Source: Catajapyx aquilonaris (taxonomy: Eukaryota). Taken from it: a stretch of DNA of 53,008 nt. Made by a program: the position numbers and the translations under genes. The notes under the pieces were generated by a model that made no database searches, had not been told where the DNA came from, and saw nothing but the letters and a program-made list of their open reading frames with translations. Location: NCBI GenBank assembly GCA_000934665.2, contig JYFJ02000876.1:62001-115008 (forward strand), given 5' to 3'. Positions 51,086 to 53,008 of the stretch are shown piece after piece. How positions within the stretch are numbered: position 1 is the first letter of the stretch; each line of letters begins with the position of its first letter.

Positions 51086-53008
51086 GGTAATACTAAACGG
51101 AGCACCATTCAAAAGTCATAACCATACAACATGAATATGATTTTAATATTATAGACGAGAGAAACAACAATAATTCCCGAGTAATAAATTATTTAACAAT
51201 TAATTAATTAACTTTAGAACAAATTATTTTGCGATTATTGTTGTAGCCAATAATTTCTTGAGAGTGTCCATTGCACCACATGGTATTCAGGCCATATTCG
51301 TGTGGGCCGATTTGCATATGTCGCTCTTACTTCACCCGAGTTACGAAGCAATGATTCACATTGTCGTGATTCGCGATTAATCGGCGACTCTCTCATCACC
51401 TGGCTATACAATTGATGAGCTAATCCGATCAACCCCATACAGTGCAAAAAAAATTGCATAACATTATAAGCCCTAGTTTTTCGTGACAAGACGACATCTT
51501 CTATTATGTAGACTTAAGTGCATTTTATTTTTCGCAACATGTGATCTGGAGAGGACAAAATTCGTTCCGGAGATACGAACAGCGTGTGTCGAAATCGCGA
51601 ACCTTGTCCATTCGCACGCATAGCTTCCCATACTCATTATTGTGTTGTGTGTGCAACCATGTCCAAACCAAAAACAAGATTTGCAGCTCAGATTTTTTTT
51701 TAGCACGGTGCAAAATATATATCCAGCAGTGTTTGTGATGCATGAAACAATTGCGATTATGATGGGTTGGGTTTTAAGGGATTGTGATGGGTAAAGGCCA
51801 TGTAGTGAAAGGAAGGCTGTATATTATTGCGAGTTATTGTTAGGCCCCCAAATATTCGTGATGGACACTTTGATAGGTTTTCGCAAATGGAGCATCGTTT
51901 TTTTTGCAGATCTATAATGTGATGTAACCAATTTTGCGCAATGTGCCAATTTTTCCAACAATTGCGTACTAGTTATTTTTGGCGAATACAATTTTTCCGG
52001 ATATTTGCCTATAGCAGTTTTAAAAATGTAGACGAATTTATTTATCAAGTTTGCTAATTCATAGCGTGACAAACAAAATTAGCACAAGGTGTGCATAAAA
52101 AAAGGTGTGGCATCACGAAAATGTCAAACCCAAAAATAGCAGTATACACTTTGTCACCAGTAAAACCACATGAAAAATTTTCGCAGTAAGAAAAAAAAAC
52201 AACCCCCCATTGGCCAAAAAACAGGTTTTTCTTTTTGGTATCCTGCACCTGGCAAGACCCATCATTAAATCCACTCCTTCGACAAGTGTGGGAAGATTGA
52301 GGCTCTTCTTCTTCTTTATACTATATGGGAGGTGGCTGCCCTTCACATCACTTTAATTTTAATTTTGGCAATAGGCCAGTGTCATCACTAGACATACTGG
52401 AGTCTACGTTCATGGCAAAAAAAATATTTTTTAAACCAGGTGCTGTATCCGGAAGCTCATATCCTTGAAATTATCTTTTATACCTGGAAAGACAACATGT
52501 AACGCACACACACCTAATAGATGCGTGAGAACATTTGAACTATTCAAAGACATGCCAGGATCAATGGCAAATGGGCGAGACTATTGGAACTAGTTTTCGC
52601 GATCCTAGTAACGCCCTTTTTAGTGCCAATTATTTTGGAAAGATTCACACTATTGTTTTGATCTTCACGCACATCGGGGAAGTTTCTTTTTTGGATGCAA
52701 GTTTGGGTGTGTGTGCTGCTGCAAATGTCTAGCCAATCTGCCGCTTGACCTTTGACCTCCTAGGTAAATCAAGTGGACTTCCCGCTTTTGCTTTCCTTTT
52801 CTTTTTTCTTTGCATGGCCGACAACATAGGAATGCATCAGTTGCCTGGATGTTGCAATGTGTGCTTCTTCCTCAAGAAAAATTTTGATGGGTCATTCCAC
52901 TTATCACCTTCGATTGTTACAGAAGGTGACAGACATTAGATGACGTCCATTAGAAAACTATACTTCCTGGGCTGATAATTTTCTATCCGGTCATTTGTCT
53001 GATTTTTA

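Noticed and set aside
49000..53008. Short ORFs upstream of the resilin-like gene
   Set aside because: Low-complexity AT-rich sequence with no coding signature; treated as intergenic/regulatory.

Overview
Eukaryotic (arthropod, probably hexapod) genomic DNA with seven spliced protein-coding genes whose exon chains I could rebuild from GT-AG junctions and reading phase. The left half is a compact housekeeping cluster: the 5' part of a SON-like gene (-) is head-to-head with mitochondrial ribosomal protein S9 (+). mRpS9 intron 8 (6.3 kb) contains a complete water witch/pyrexia-class TRPA channel gene on the SAME strand. mRpS9 is tail-to-tail with mitochondrial arginyl-tRNA synthetase (-), which is head-to-head with the ANTH clathrin adaptor lap/PICALM (+, about 17 exons plus a 12-nt microexon). 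The right half has two convergent secreted cuticle-type genes: a ~1040-aa Pro/Gln-rich YLPP-repeat protein (+) and a ~797-aa resilin-like Gly/Pro protein with a ChtBD2 domain (-). Non-coding structure includes a ~720-bp foldback element, several degenerate tandem repeats, a dispersed ~70-bp cassette, CRE+YY1 motifs shared by both bidirectional promoters, and three nuclear-receptor DR1 elements around the cuticle genes. No prokaryotic-type systems, tRNA or rRNA were seen. Gene names come from recognising motifs by eye, not from database searches.
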